A stretch of 53,243 bases of DNA from an uncultured Lachnospiraceae bacterium (GCA_964521165.1 CAZFRA010000005.1:1-53243), one strand, 5' to 3'. Positions 1 through 11,419 are shown, counted from the stretch's first letter. A program made the numbers and translations. Notes: generated by a model from the sequence alone, not told the origin.

Positions 1-27
1 CCAACATAAGAAGTTCCACTCACTGTA

Positions 28-302
28 CCTGTGTTGTATGAGTTATATACAGATGAAGATGATGACATACTACTATAATTCCGTCCCACAACTCCGCCGA
101 CATACTGTGAACCACTCACCGAACCTGTGTTGTATGAGTTATATACTGAAGAATAAAGATTATATCCCACAACTCCACCAACATTAGAAGAACTTCCTGT
201 CACACTGCCTGTGTTGTATGAGTTATATACAGAGGCATAAGCATTACATCCCACAACACCGCCAACATTGTCACCACTTCCACTCACTGAACCTGTGTTG
301 TA
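28..302 (-). repeat. intragenic GLUG-type repeats
   Basis: CCTGTGTTGTATGAGTTATATAC at 28, 124 and 208, with a variant at 292. Periods 96/84/84 nt. Encodes VYNSYNTG.V.G...VGGVVG units. Confidence 0.85.
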
Positions 303-815
303 GCAGTTTGAAATTGTGGTGTATTGAGCATATCCTGCAATTGCACCAACACTTCGATACCCTTGGATGTTTGAATTGATTATACCAACATTGGAAATGG
401 TGGCACGATTTGATAAAGATATTCCATCAACACGACCAAAAAGTCCTTGATATGAATATGTGCTAGAAGAACCTGCCGGCGTGAAAAGACCGGATATGGT
501 ATATCCACCGCCATCATAGTGTCCACTGAAGTAGTATGATGAAGAATAGCCTATCGCATCCCAATAATACGCAGATAAGTCAATGTTTGCCGTTTGAAGA
601 TAATAAAGCGAACGATATGTTGAATTGTAGGTCGTTGAATTCACAAGATAAGCAAGATAAGCAAGTTGCGCCGCATTTGAAATTAAATAAGGGTCAGTTT
701 CCGTGCCATATCCACCAGCAAAATCATCCGCATAATTCCCTTCGTCTGTCCAATAGTCCGTATATGTCGGCGCATCCGCCGTTGTGGTCACGCTTTCAGA
801 AACCGAATTGTCAAT

Positions 816-826
816 CCCCCCCCCCC
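816..826 (-). repeat. G11 homopolymer (C11 on + strand), slipped-strand contingency tract
   Basis: tcaat-C11-gcac. G10 or G13 would join the signal peptide to the downstream frame. Confidence 0.85.
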
Positions 827-921
827 GCACTGTTTTGCGTCAACAAAACACCAGCGGTTACTGATGCAGACAAAGCAAAAAGAATTGTAAATAAAGAAAC
901 CAAAAACTTTTTCATACGATT

Positions 922-950
922 ATTATAATATCTATTTTTTTAATTTCCAA
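922..950 (-). promoter_or_regulatory. sigma-A promoter, leaderless start for the GLUG gene
   Basis: TTGGAA-17-TATAAT, then 6 nt to ATG 915; no SD. Confidence 0.6.
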
Positions 951-1113
951 ACATTTTTCGCCACTTTTTCATATTTTTTTAAAAAACATTATCTCTTTCT
1001 GGAAAAACTCTACGAAATATTGTCTCTTTTTAAGAAGTTTTTAAGCGTTTTAGAAAAAACTCCACTATTTGTAACTGCAAAGGAATTACAATTGTTTTTA
1101 AAATCTAGGAAAT

Positions 1114-1149
1114 AAATAATGCCAAAATGTGAAAATTTTGGCATTATTT
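1114..1149. terminator. intrinsic terminator hairpin
   Basis: AAATAATGCCAAAAT-gtgaaa-ATTTTGGCATTATTT just past the 1154 stop. Confidence 0.7.
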
Positions 1150-1153
1150 TTAT

Positions 1154-2107
1154 CTAAACTTTATACAAATCGAGCAGTTTTATCAATCGCGAAAAGTCCA
1201 CTTGTCCATTTGTGTTTGTGATGAGTTTTTCTTTGAAAATTGATTTTGTGTTGGTGCACACCGAGCGAATGGCAGTCACATCGTTCAAGCGGATAAAATT
1301 CGACACATTGATGAAAGTTTGATACAAATCATCGGTGAAAAGTTTGTTCGGACACGCACAAAGTAAACTTTCAATCAAAATCTGATTTGGAATTTTGTTA
1401 TACACCTTGGAATACAAACTGTTGTAAATGCGCACCATCTCCACAAAGCTCTCGCCGCAAACGCGATATTTATTTCCCAAATTCTTAAAGCGTTGCGTGA
1501 AGTTTATCTCGTGAAATTTGTTTTTCTTTTCATCATAAATTTTGAAGGTGTCATTTTCCAGCATACAAACATAAACATTAACCTTGACATTGGCACCCAA
1601 ATCTTCTCGCCCGACAATCGAGATGTGATTATCGTAATTGTATATGAGTGAAGTCTGCGTCATCAACTTGGAAATTTCATTCACAAGGTCACGCTTGAGT
1701 TCGTCGATAGTATATTTTTTGCTAACACTTTGCGTCGGTGTTTCTTCTTCCGTTTTATCCTTTTTTTTACGTCGCTTTGTTTTGCGCGACACCTTCCAAG
1801 CGCGCACAAATCTCTTCCAAAGGTTTTTGAAATAATGTTTCTTTTCAAGCGAGTTAAGTTCGATTTCCTTGTTTGGTATGCCAAGGAAATAAGTGTATTC
1901 GCTGTTAGCACATAGTGCTTTCAAAAATATCTCATTTACAGGCAAAAGTTGTATTTTATCAATTTGAATAAATGGTGTTTTGACAGCAAGTTCACCAACA
2001 GCAGTGCTCAGCAAATTTTCAATTATGTCGGTGATATTTTCCACAAATTCAATGTTTGTGCTATCTCTCAAACCTTCAATTAACTCTTTGTTAAATTCAT
2101 ATTTCAT
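1154..2107 (-). CDS. hypothetical protein; probable degenerate nucleotidyltransferase (CD-NTase/SMODS-like) fold
   Basis: 317 aa with SD (AGGTGAG). C-lobe motifs INF..RFKN..NK...FVEMVRIY...IPNQILIESLLCACPNKLF resemble CdnE-like enzymes. No GS/DxD motif. Confidence 0.6.
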   Translation of the reverse strand: MKYEFNKELIEGLRDSTNIEFVENITDIIENLLSTAVGELAVKTPFIQIDKIQLLPVNEIFLKALCANSEYTYFLGIPNKEIELNSLEKKHYFKNLWKRFVRAWKVSRKTKRRKKKDKTEEETPTQSVSKKYTIDELKRDLVNEISKLMTQTSLIYNYDNHISIVGREDLGANVKVNVYVCMLENDTFKIYDEKKNKFHEINFTQRFKNLGNKYRVCGESFVEMVRIYNSLYSKVYNKIPNQILIESLLCACPNKLFTDDLYQTFINVSNFIRLNDVTAIRSVCTNTKSIFKEKLITNTNGQVDFSRLIKLLDLYKV

Positions 2108-2171
2108 AACTCACCTTTTTATCTATATTTTGTGTATTATGCATTGCGTACTACATTATATCTTGTGTATT

Positions 2172-3953
<1,782 letters not shown>

Positions 3954-3957
<4 letters not shown>

Positions 3958-4388
3958 TTTAAATCCCCCGATATTTTCTTATTCCTTCGTGCATATCTAC
4001 CACCTTCAAACGAAGTTGTGAGAAAAACTTTGATAATCGCGATTGCTTTTCGCTTTTTTAAAAACATTGCCGGAAGACACAAAATATTTGCGTCGTTATG
4101 TCTTCTCGCATACATTGCCATTTCTGTATTCACGCAAAGTGCCGCACGAATTTTTGGATTTCGATTTGCAGCAATACTCATTCCAATTCCTGTTCCGCAA
4201 ATGAAAATACCGACATTATTTTTATCTTCCAATACCTTTTCCATACCACTTTTGGCGATATCTGGATAGTCGACAAGTTCTTTGCTGTAAGTTCCAACAT
4301 CAATCGTTATTATGTTTTCTTCATTGAAAAATTTTTTTAACTGTTCTTTAAGTTCGTAACCTCTATGATCGCTCGCCATAATAATCAT
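3954..4388 (-). CDS. rpiB: ribose-5-phosphate isomerase B
   Basis: ASDHRG, DYPD, CGTGIGMSIAAN, HNDANIL, FEGGRY. Confidence 0.96.
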
Positions 4389-4819
4389 AAACCACCTCCC
4401 ATATTTTCAATTTTATCAAGAAGGATATCCACATTTTTTTCAATCATCTTTGCTGTCAAGCGATACCTTTCTTCGTCTTGCCCAAAAGGGTCTGGAACTT
4501 CAGAATATAAATCCGCAAACGATAGACATTTTTTGGATGGAATTCTGTCTTTATGCGCATCAGTGGCAGCGATGTAAAGCGTGTTGCCTTTGACATTACC
4601 GAATTTCACACTTTTGCGGTCGCGCGCGTCATACCCCAATTCTTTCAAAACCTTTTTGGCGTTGTCTGTGATATTTTCCTTTTTAGCAAATAACCCACAA
4701 GAAGAAAACTTGATATTTTTCATCTTTCGTATTTTCGCTTTTTTGCGAGCAATTCGCTCTGCCATAACCGAGCGACAAGTGTTGCCGGTGCACACAAAAC
4801 AAACTTCAATCATAAACAC
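4385..4819 (-). CDS. low-molecular-weight protein Tyr/Arg phosphatase (YwlE-like)
   Basis: FVCTGNTCRS (CX5R), DPFG; usual position upstream of rpiB. Confidence 0.9.
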   Translation of the reverse strand: MFMIEVCFVCTGNTCRSVMAERIARKKAKIRKMKNIKFSSCGLFAKKENITDNAKKVLKELGYDARDRKSVKFGNVKGNTLYIAATDAHKDRIPSKKCLSFADLYSEVPDPFGQDEERYRLTAKMIEKNVDILLDKIENMGGGL

Positions 4820-4913
4820 CCTTTAAGAGCAAGACCTTTCAGTCTTTTACAGAATAATTATACCCTAAATAACAAAAAAAGCAAAATAAATTTTGCTTAT
4901 TTTTTAAAAGTTA

Positions 4914-5228
4914 TCATTTTTTATTTATTGAATGGCGGAAAGGTTTATACAATTTATCCAAATTATATTTTTCTCGCACTTTTGGCAAAAAGATATGGAG
5001 TGTGACAAGGTTAAAATCAAAAACCAACCACTCGCCCTTGGTGTATCCTTCAATCTTGTCCTGATAGTCATATTTTTGTGCAATAGCATCTGCGGCGGAC
5101 TTACTTTGTTGAACGCTGTTTGAAGACGCGATAATGATAAATCTTTCTTCGGCGCTGTCGTGACTATACACCGAAATATTTTTCAACTTACAATCTTCCA
5201 AAAATTTCACAAGTTCATCAATATTCAC
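4914..5228 (-). CDS. rsfS: ribosome silencing factor RsfS (divergent)
   Basis: EG....WLVFDFNLVTLHIF....REKYNLDKLY. GTG start 6 nt after TTGACA-17-TAAAAT. Confidence 0.8.
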   Translation of the reverse strand: MNIDELVKFLEDCKLKNISVYSHDSAEERFIIIASSNSVQQSKSAADAIAQKYDYQDKIEGYTKGEWLVFDFNLVTLHIFLPKVREKYNLDKLYKPFRHSINKK

Positions 5229-5317
5229 AATTAAATTTTAGCAACAAATTTCACTTTTGTCAAGAAAAAGGCATAAATAAAAAGATTAAAACAAAATTTT
5301 TTGTCAAAAATTAGTAT

Positions 5318-6121
5318 ATGAGAAAAATAAATTTTATCTTTCAAGAAGTTTTAAAATTTTTTTTAATTTTCGTACTTTCATTTGTTTGGCTACGCTATTT
5401 TGTGCGTAAATTATGGCTATCAATTGTCATAAGTTTGACAGTCACAACAATAACATATTTTCTTATATTTTTTCTCAAACGCAAAAAGATAAAAAAAGAA
5501 GGTTTGAAAATTAAGGAAAAAGAAGATGCGGAAAATATCTTTCTCACGCTCGCTTGCGACACTAAAAAAATGGATTTTTTTCAAAAACTTGCGCAAATAA
5601 AACACAAGAATGTCAAAAAATTTTCAAAATATCTCACCGTCCAACACGAAAACAATACGAAAACACTTTTATATCCTAAAATTGATTTTGAACCATTGAC
5701 GATTTCAAATTTTGTTGAAATATATAAAGCCGTGAAAGGCAAGGCAGAAAAAGTGGTCATCCTTTGCCACTCATACGATAAAGAAGTAAAGAGTTTTTCT
5801 CAACATTTCGACACCCACTTTCTCATTTTTGACCGCTTTGAAACATATGAACAATTATATAAATTTTACAATATTTTTCCAGAGATAAAAGAAAAATATA
5901 AAGTCAACAAAATGTTAACTTTCAAAGATTTTGTCGCCTATTCTTTTAATAAAAAAAGAGCAAAAGGTTATCTAATCTCAGCCTTTTTGCTCGCTTTCTC
6001 TGCCATATTCGTCCGAACAACCATCTATTATACCCTTGTGGCAACCTTGCTTGTCGTTTTTGCCATCGTTTCACAATTCAACACCACTTTCAATTTAAAG
6101 GAAGAAAAAGAAGTTTTGTGA
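5318..6121 (+). CDS. hypothetical membrane protein (2 TM + soluble domain, possibly degenerate Mrr-like fold + 2 TM)
   Basis: 267 aa ORF with hydrophobic ends. Confidence 0.7.
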   Translation: MRKINFIFQEVLKFFLIFVLSFVWLRYFVRKLWLSIVISLTVTTITYFLIFFLKRKKIKKEGLKIKEKEDAENIFLTLACDTKKMDFFQKLAQIKHKNVKKFSKYLTVQHENNTKTLLYPKIDFEPLTISNFVEIYKAVKGKAEKVVILCHSYDKEVKSFSQHFDTHFLIFDRFETYEQLYKFYNIFPEIKEKYKVNKMLTFKDFVAYSFNKKRAKGYLISAFLLAFSAIFVRTTIYYTLVATLLVVFAIVSQFNTTFNLKEEKEVL

Positions 6122-6418
6122 TTATGGTAATTCAATATGCTTAAAATTTTTCTTTGTCGATTTTTTGTATAACACCACACTTGTTCCAATCACTTGCACA
6201 ATATCGGCGTTAAGCATCAAAGAAAGACTGTCCGCAATTTCTCTTGCCGACAATTCGCAATTTTTTAAAACCTTAATTTTAACAAGTTCGCGTGCTTGCA
6301 AAAGAAGTTGAACGGAAGTTATCACATTTTCGTTTAAACCATCCTTACCAACTTGCGCAACTGGATCGAGTGCGTTGCCAAGTCCCCTTAAATACGCTCT
6401 TTGTTTTGTTGTTATCAT
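6122..6418 (-). CDS. yhbY: CRM-domain RNA-binding protein YhbY
   Basis: TKQRAYLRGLG, VGKDGL, ELVKIKVL, QVIG; follows obgE. Confidence 0.93.
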   Translation of the reverse strand: MITTKQRAYLRGLGNALDPVAQVGKDGLNENVITSVQLLLQARELVKIKVLKNCELSAREIADSLSLMLNADIVQVIGTSVVLYKKSTKKNFKHIELP

Positions 6419-6428
6419 ACCTTCATCC

Positions 6429-7700
6429 TTATTCTTGATATTCAAATGAAATATCTTTCATTATCACCGTGTCACCGTTTTTCATACCTTTTTCCAAAAG
6501 CATATCAATCACGCCCATTTCTTTGAGCCTTATTTGAAAATATGCAAAAGAGTGCGGGTCAGAAATGACAACACCGCGAGCCAAGTTCTCAATTCGTCCA
6601 CCGAAAAGTTCAAAACTGCCGTCGTTGTTTCGCTTTATTTCAATAGTTTTTGCGTCTTTTTTGTCAAAATTATCGTCTTCAATTTGCAATTTTGGCTTTT
6701 TAGGTATTTTTTTCAAATTTTCCAATATTTTTTTCTTCAACTCTTCCACACCTTTATAGGTTATCGAAGATAGACAAAGATAATCTTTGATTTGGAATTT
6801 TTTTTCGAATTCTTGCAGTTTTTCAGCAAGCGTCTTTTCGTCAATCAAGTCGCATTTAGAAAACACGACAATTTGTTTAACATCTTGCAAACTTTCGCTA
6901 TATTTAACAAGTTCTCTGTTTATAACAACATAGTCATCCAAAAAGTTTCTACCTTCGCTTTCGGATATGTCGATAAGATGCACTAAAAGTCGCACGCGCT
7001 CGATATGTTTGAGAAAATAATGCCCAAGCCCTAAACCTTCACTCGCGCCTTCAATAAGCCCCGGAATATCTGCAACCACAAAACTTTCGCCCAAAACTTC
7101 CACAACGCCTAAATTTGGATATATGGTTGTAAAAGGATAATTAGCAATTTTCGGATTGGCGTTTGAAATAACCGAAAGCAAAGTGCTTTTGCCGACATTT
7201 GGAAAGCCGATGAGTCCAACATCAGCAATTGTTTTAAGTTCCAAAATAACTTCTTTCATTTTAGTAACTTCGCCGGTTTGCGAAAATGCTGGTGCTTGTT
7301 TAATCGATGATTTGAAATAATTATTTCCATGTCCGCCATTTCCACCATTAAGCGCCACAAATTCCGCACCATTCTCACTTAGATCGGCAATAATTTTGTT
7401 GTTTTCCGGATTTATTAAAACCGTTCCAGTTGGCACAAAAATAATCTCGTCCTTGCCACTTTTCCCTGTCCTATTTTTCTTCTCGCCGTCTGCGCCGTCT
7501 TCGGCGGTAAATTTTTTCTTAAAGCGGAAAGAGTAGAGAGTGTTTATATTGTCAGTCGCCTTGAAAATTATGTTTCCACCTTTGCCACCGTCACCACCGT
7601 CTGGACCACCGTATGCCGTTTGAGCGTTACGCAAAAAAGACACAGCGCCTTTTCCGCCGTTTCCTGCTTTTATAGAAATTTTTACTCGGTCAAGAAACAT
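6429..7700 (-). CDS. obgE: GTPase ObgE/CgtA
   Basis: GGPDGGDGGKGG, GFPNVGKST, YPFTT, DIPGLIEG. Confidence 0.97.
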   Translation of the reverse strand: MFLDRVKISIKAGNGGKGAVSFLRNAQTAYGGPDGGDGGKGGNIIFKATDNINTLYSFRFKKKFTAEDGADGEKKNRTGKSGKDEIIFVPTGTVLINPENNKIIADLSENGAEFVALNGGNGGHGNNYFKSSIKQAPAFSQTGEVTKMKEVILELKTIADVGLIGFPNVGKSTLLSVISNANPKIANYPFTTIYPNLGVVEVLGESFVVADIPGLIEGASEGLGLGHYFLKHIERVRLLVHLIDISESEGRNFLDDYVVINRELVKYSESLQDVKQIVVFSKCDLIDEKTLAEKLQEFEKKFQIKDYLCLSSITYKGVEELKKKILENLKKIPKKPKLQIEDDNFDKKDAKTIEIKRNNDGSFELFGGRIENLARGVVISDPHSFAYFQIRLKEMGVIDMLLEKGMKNGDTVIMKDISFEYQE

Positions 7701-7718
7701 AACTCTCCTTTTATTATT

Positions 7719-8369
7719 TTAACTCCTTTTCCCGCCTTTAACATATTTTTGCGTCTTTTCCAAACAAAATTCTTCAAAAGGACAACTTTCACACTGCGGT
7801 TTTTGTGCCTTACACTTATATCTTCCAAACAATACCATTCTTTTATGTAATTTCGACCAAGAGTTTTTCGGAAAAAATTTTTCCAATTCTCTTTCGCAAA
7901 TATCTGGATTGTTTGTTTTTGCCAGGCATAACCTATTTGAAACACGAAGAATATGTGTATCAACAGGTAAAGCGTCGGCATTAAATGCTTCAATCATAAC
8001 AACATTTGCCGTTTTTCTGCCGACACCTGGAAGAGAAGATAAATCTTCAAAGTTCGACGGCACAACACCGTTAAACTTTTCCAAAATCTCACGACTGGCA
8101 TTTTTGATAGCCAGTGCCTTATTGTGATAAAACCCGCACGAGTGGATAAGATTTTCCAATTGTTCAATTGGCATATCAGCAAAATCTTCCGGTTTATTAT
8201 ATTTTTTATACATCTCCTTTGTTACTTCGTTCACGCGCTTATCTGTGCATTGAGCGGAAAGAATAACTGAAACCAAAGTTTCAAATGGCGTGTGAAACAC
8301 AAGTTCAGTTTTGGCTTCTGGAAACATTTTCTCAAGTTCAGAAATTATAAATCCAGCCTTATTTTTCAT
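7719..8369 (-). CDS. nth: endonuclease III
   Basis: LSAQCTD, LPGVGRKTA, VDTH, C-X6-C-X2-C-X5-C. Confidence 0.96.
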   Translation of the reverse strand: MKNKAGFIISELEKMFPEAKTELVFHTPFETLVSVILSAQCTDKRVNEVTKEMYKKYNKPEDFADMPIEQLENLIHSCGFYHNKALAIKNASREILEKFNGVVPSNFEDLSSLPGVGRKTANVVMIEAFNADALPVDTHILRVSNRLCLAKTNNPDICERELEKFFPKNSWSKLHKRMVLFGRYKCKAQKPQCESCPFEEFCLEKTQKYVKGGKRS

Positions 8370-8380
8370 CTTATCCTTCT

Positions 8381-9835
8381 TTACTTCATAAGTGGAAATA
8401 ACACGGTGTCGCGAATATTGTCAGTGTCAAAAATGAACATTAAAAATCTATCAATTCCAAACCCAAGTCCAGAAATCGGCGGCATACCGTGTTCCATTGC
8501 GAGCAGGAAATCTTCGTCAACATCCATTGTTTCTTCATCGCCAAGTGCCTTTTCTTCAAGTTGCGCTTCCAAAGTTGCGCGTTGCGTGATTGGGTCAACA
8601 AGTTCGGAGTATGCCTTCACAAGTTCTGCTCCGCCTGCAACAACTTGGAAAACATCAATAATTCTGTCATCTTTATCATTCCTTCTTGCAAGTGGAATTA
8701 AAACTGCTGGATAGTTATATAAAATGGTTGGATTAACAATATCCGCGCGAATTTTTCTCTTGTAAATATAGTCCACCAAAGTTCTCACAGTTTTACACTC
8801 TTCCAAATCACCATATGAGAACATTTTTTTGTCGACAACAATTTTTTTAAGTTCATCCACATCGTTAATTTCGAGAAAATCACATCCTAAAAGTTCGCGC
8901 ATTTTGGCAACATAGTCAATACGCTCCCATTCGCAATCGAACTCGACTTCCATACCTTGATAATTTACCTTTGTTGTACCTAAACATTCTTTAAGCATTT
9001 TAACAACAAATTCTTTAAAAAATTTGATGTTATCTTCAAAATTCCAATAAGATGCATACCATTCAACTTGTGTAAACTCTTGCAAGTGCGACGGGTCCAT
9101 ACCTTCGTTTCGAAAATCTTTACCAAGTTCGAAAACTCTGTCAATTCCTGCGCCAATACACTCTTTCAAATAACATTCTGTGGCAATACGTAGGTTGCAC
9201 TCTATATCAAGTGCATTGTGGTGCGTGAAGAAAGGTTTTGCGCTTGCGCCTGAAACACTCGTTTGCAAGATAGGCGTTTCCACTTCGATAAAGCCGTGAT
9301 CTTCCAAATATCTACGAATAAACGAAACCATTTTGCTACGAGTCAAAAATATCTTTCTGCTATCTTCGTTTGTGATAAGGTCAAGATAGCGTTGGCGATA
9401 CTTAATTTCCGTGTCTTGCACGCCGTGGAATTTTTCTGGAAGTGGACGAAGAGTTTTAGAAAGAAGAGTAATCTTTTCAGCACGAACGGTAACTTCACCC
9501 GTTTGAGTTTCATAAACTTCACCTTCCACTCCGATAAAGTCACCGATATCAATCATTTTTTTGTAGAAATTATATGCTTCCTCATCAAGTTCATTTCTTC
9601 CAACTGAAATTTGGATGTGGGAGTAAATATCTCTTATTTGACAAAAGCCAAATTTACCCATAACACGACGAAAAACCACACGCCCAGCAATCTTAACTCT
9701 TTCGCCAAGTTTCGTGCGCGCTTCTATAATTGTGCAAGTTCTTTCAAATTTTTCCTTATATGGAATTTCTCCCATTTTTTTAAGTTCTTCAATTTTTTGC
9801 TTTCTAACTTCAAATTCGGTTGAAAGTTGCTCCAT
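8381..9835 (-). CDS. lysS: lysine--tRNA ligase (class II)
   Basis: RPLPEKFHG, YRQRYLDL, FRNEG, GMPP.SGLGFGIDR. Confidence 0.96.
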   Translation of the reverse strand: MEQLSTEFEVRKQKIEELKKMGEIPYKEKFERTCTIIEARTKLGERVKIAGRVVFRRVMGKFGFCQIRDIYSHIQISVGRNELDEEAYNFYKKMIDIGDFIGVEGEVYETQTGEVTVRAEKITLLSKTLRPLPEKFHGVQDTEIKYRQRYLDLITNEDSRKIFLTRSKMVSFIRRYLEDHGFIEVETPILQTSVSGASAKPFFTHHNALDIECNLRIATECYLKECIGAGIDRVFELGKDFRNEGMDPSHLQEFTQVEWYASYWNFEDNIKFFKEFVVKMLKECLGTTKVNYQGMEVEFDCEWERIDYVAKMRELLGCDFLEINDVDELKKIVVDKKMFSYGDLEECKTVRTLVDYIYKRKIRADIVNPTILYNYPAVLIPLARRNDKDDRIIDVFQVVAGGAELVKAYSELVDPITQRATLEAQLEEKALGDEETMDVDEDFLLAMEHGMPPISGLGFGIDRFLMFIFDTDNIRDTVLFPLMK

Positions 9836-10012
9836 AAGTTTTCTCCTTTAGAATTTAAGTAAATTAAGTCCTATAAAGGATAGCACAAAAGAGAAAATCT
9901 GTCAAATGATTTATAAAATCAACCTATTTTTTTATAATAAATTTTTGAAAAATTAAAGAAAAATTTGCCTTTCATTTTCAAAAATGATAAACTTTATCGA
10001 AAGGAGTTAAAA

Positions 10013-10747
10013 ATGGTAAGAAAAACAGTAGTCATAACTGGTGCATCTGGTGATATCGGCAAAGCAATCGCCGAAAAATTTGCTAAAGAAAATTATAATC
10101 TCGCACTTTGCTCAAATGTTCACAATGTGGAATTTGACGATGAGTTAAAAGAAAAATACAAAGTCGATGTCAAAAACTACAAAATGGATATATCCGACTT
10201 TTCACAAGTGGAGAGTGTTTTCGAGAAAATTATCAAAGATTTTGATAGTGTTGATATCCTTGTTTGTAACGCTGGGAAAAGCCAAAAACGCAAACTTATC
10301 ATCGATGTAAAAAACGAAGAAATTGATGATATTATTGACACAAACTTGAAAGGAACAATCGCCTGCACGCGAGAATTTATAAAAACACGTCTTGATAAAG
10401 GTGGAAAAGTTATTTTGATAGGCTCCTTTGTTGCAAATTATGGTTGCGCTTGTGAAAGTGTGTATAGCGCCAGCAAAAGTGCACTTATAGGTTTCACAAA
10501 ATCGCTTGCCAATGAACTTGGAAATTTCGGTATTACTGTCAATACCATTTGCCCTGGATTTATCGACACCAAAATGAACAATAATCTTTCCGCTGCGGAA
10601 AAGGAAGATATTGAAGATATGACTCCTCTGCAAAGACTTGGAAAAGTGGAAGATGTTGCTGAAGCCGTGTATTTTCTCGCAAGTGACAGCGGAAATTTCA
10701 TAACCGGTCAATCCATCAATGTTGATGGCGGATACATTCCACTATAA
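10013..10747 (+). CDS. SDR oxidoreductase, FabG/YmfI-like
   Basis: TGASGDIG, NAG, YSASK. SD AAGGAG precedes ATG 10013. Confidence 0.88.
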   Translation: MVRKTVVITGASGDIGKAIAEKFAKENYNLALCSNVHNVEFDDELKEKYKVDVKNYKMDISDFSQVESVFEKIIKDFDSVDILVCNAGKSQKRKLIIDVKNEEIDDIIDTNLKGTIACTREFIKTRLDKGGKVILIGSFVANYGCACESVYSASKSALIGFTKSLANELGNFGITVNTICPGFIDTKMNNNLSAAEKEDIEDMTPLQRLGKVEDVAEAVYFLASDSGNFITGQSINVDGGYIPL

Positions 10748-10762
10748 AAAATTTCAAAAAAT

Positions 10763-10791
10763 AAATGGTGCAAAACTTGCGCCATTTTTTT
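10763..10791. terminator. bidirectional terminator
   Basis: AAATGGTGCAA-aac-TTGCGCCATTTTTT between convergent genes. Confidence 0.7.
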
Positions 10792-11419
10792 AAAAGTCCG
10801 CTTTTAAAAGGAAGGAAAATGCCTTGATTTGCTGCCGCAAAATTTTATAATTCGGACAATATTTTTCCACTTCCTTCCAAAATTGTGGTTTGTGATTCAT
10901 ATACCTTGAATGACAAAGTTCATGAACAATAATATAGTCAATAAGTTCTTTTGGCAAAATGACAGCTTTAAAATTCACTTTGAGTTCTTTGGAAGATGAA
11001 AAACTCCCCCACTTACAAGTTGAAACGCAAGGATTTATCTCATCAACATTAAAACTATATTTTTCGCAAAACTCTTGCACTCGCGTTTTGATATAAGAAA
11101 ACATCAACAAATATTGTTTGTGAATAATTTTACTTTGCTTTTGCGACGATAATTTATCAAAATCAATAGCAAGTTCTTTAGATTCCAAAATTGGTTCGCC
11201 AAATTCGTAGATATATTTTTTAAGTTCGAAGTGACTAGCAAACTCTTCAAGATTTTCCATTTTGACAATCTTATTTTCAAACCACTTTTTCTTTGACAAA
11301 ATAAACTCATTAATTTTATCGTCATTAAGCCTAGTTGGCGCCTTGACTAAAATTTCGTTCTTGGAAACAATTTTAAGAAGTAAAGTTTTTCTTTTTTCTT
11401 TAACAATTCGGATTTTCAT
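10790..11419 (-). CDS. YgjP/M48-like (DUF45) zinc metalloprotein
   Basis: KWGSFSS, IDYIIVHELCH...NH...FW. Likely start MKIRIVK, 7 nt after TTGCTT-17-TAAAAT. Confidence 0.9.
   Translation of the reverse strand: MKIRIVKEKRKTLLLKIVSKNEILVKAPTRLNDDKINEFILSKKKWFENKIVKMENLEEFASHFELKKYIYEFGEPILESKELAIDFDKLSSQKQSKIIHKQYLLMFSYIKTRVQEFCEKYSFNVDEINPCVSTCKWGSFSSSKELKVNFKAVILPKELIDYIIVHELCHSRYMNHKPQFWKEVEKYCPNYKILRQQIKAFSFLLKADF

Larger units (their letters stand above)
1..915 (-). pseudogene. GLUG-repeat surface/secreted protein, 5' part (runs off window edge), frameshifted at a G11 tract (probable phase-variable gene in OFF state)
   Basis: ATG at 915 gives MKKFLVSLFTILFALSASVTAGVLLTQNSAGGGD then TGA at 813-811. 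The frame starting ATT at 815 is open to position 1 and reads IDNSVSES...FAGGYGTETDPYLISNAAQLAYLA...FSGHYDGGGYTISGL...GLFG...YNTGSVSG..VGGVVG. Absent from the ORF track. Confidence 0.88.

Noticed and set aside
20-310. Spaced 23-nt identical repeats resembling a CRISPR array
   Set aside because: In-frame coding repeats with protein-like spacers; no cas genes or leader.
536-928. 130-aa plus-strand ORF in the track
   Set aside because: Antisense shadow of the frameshifted GLUG gene; no recognisable features.
1154-2107. CBASS defence operon
   Set aside because: No Cap effector or ancillary genes adjacent, catalytic motif absent, housekeeping context.
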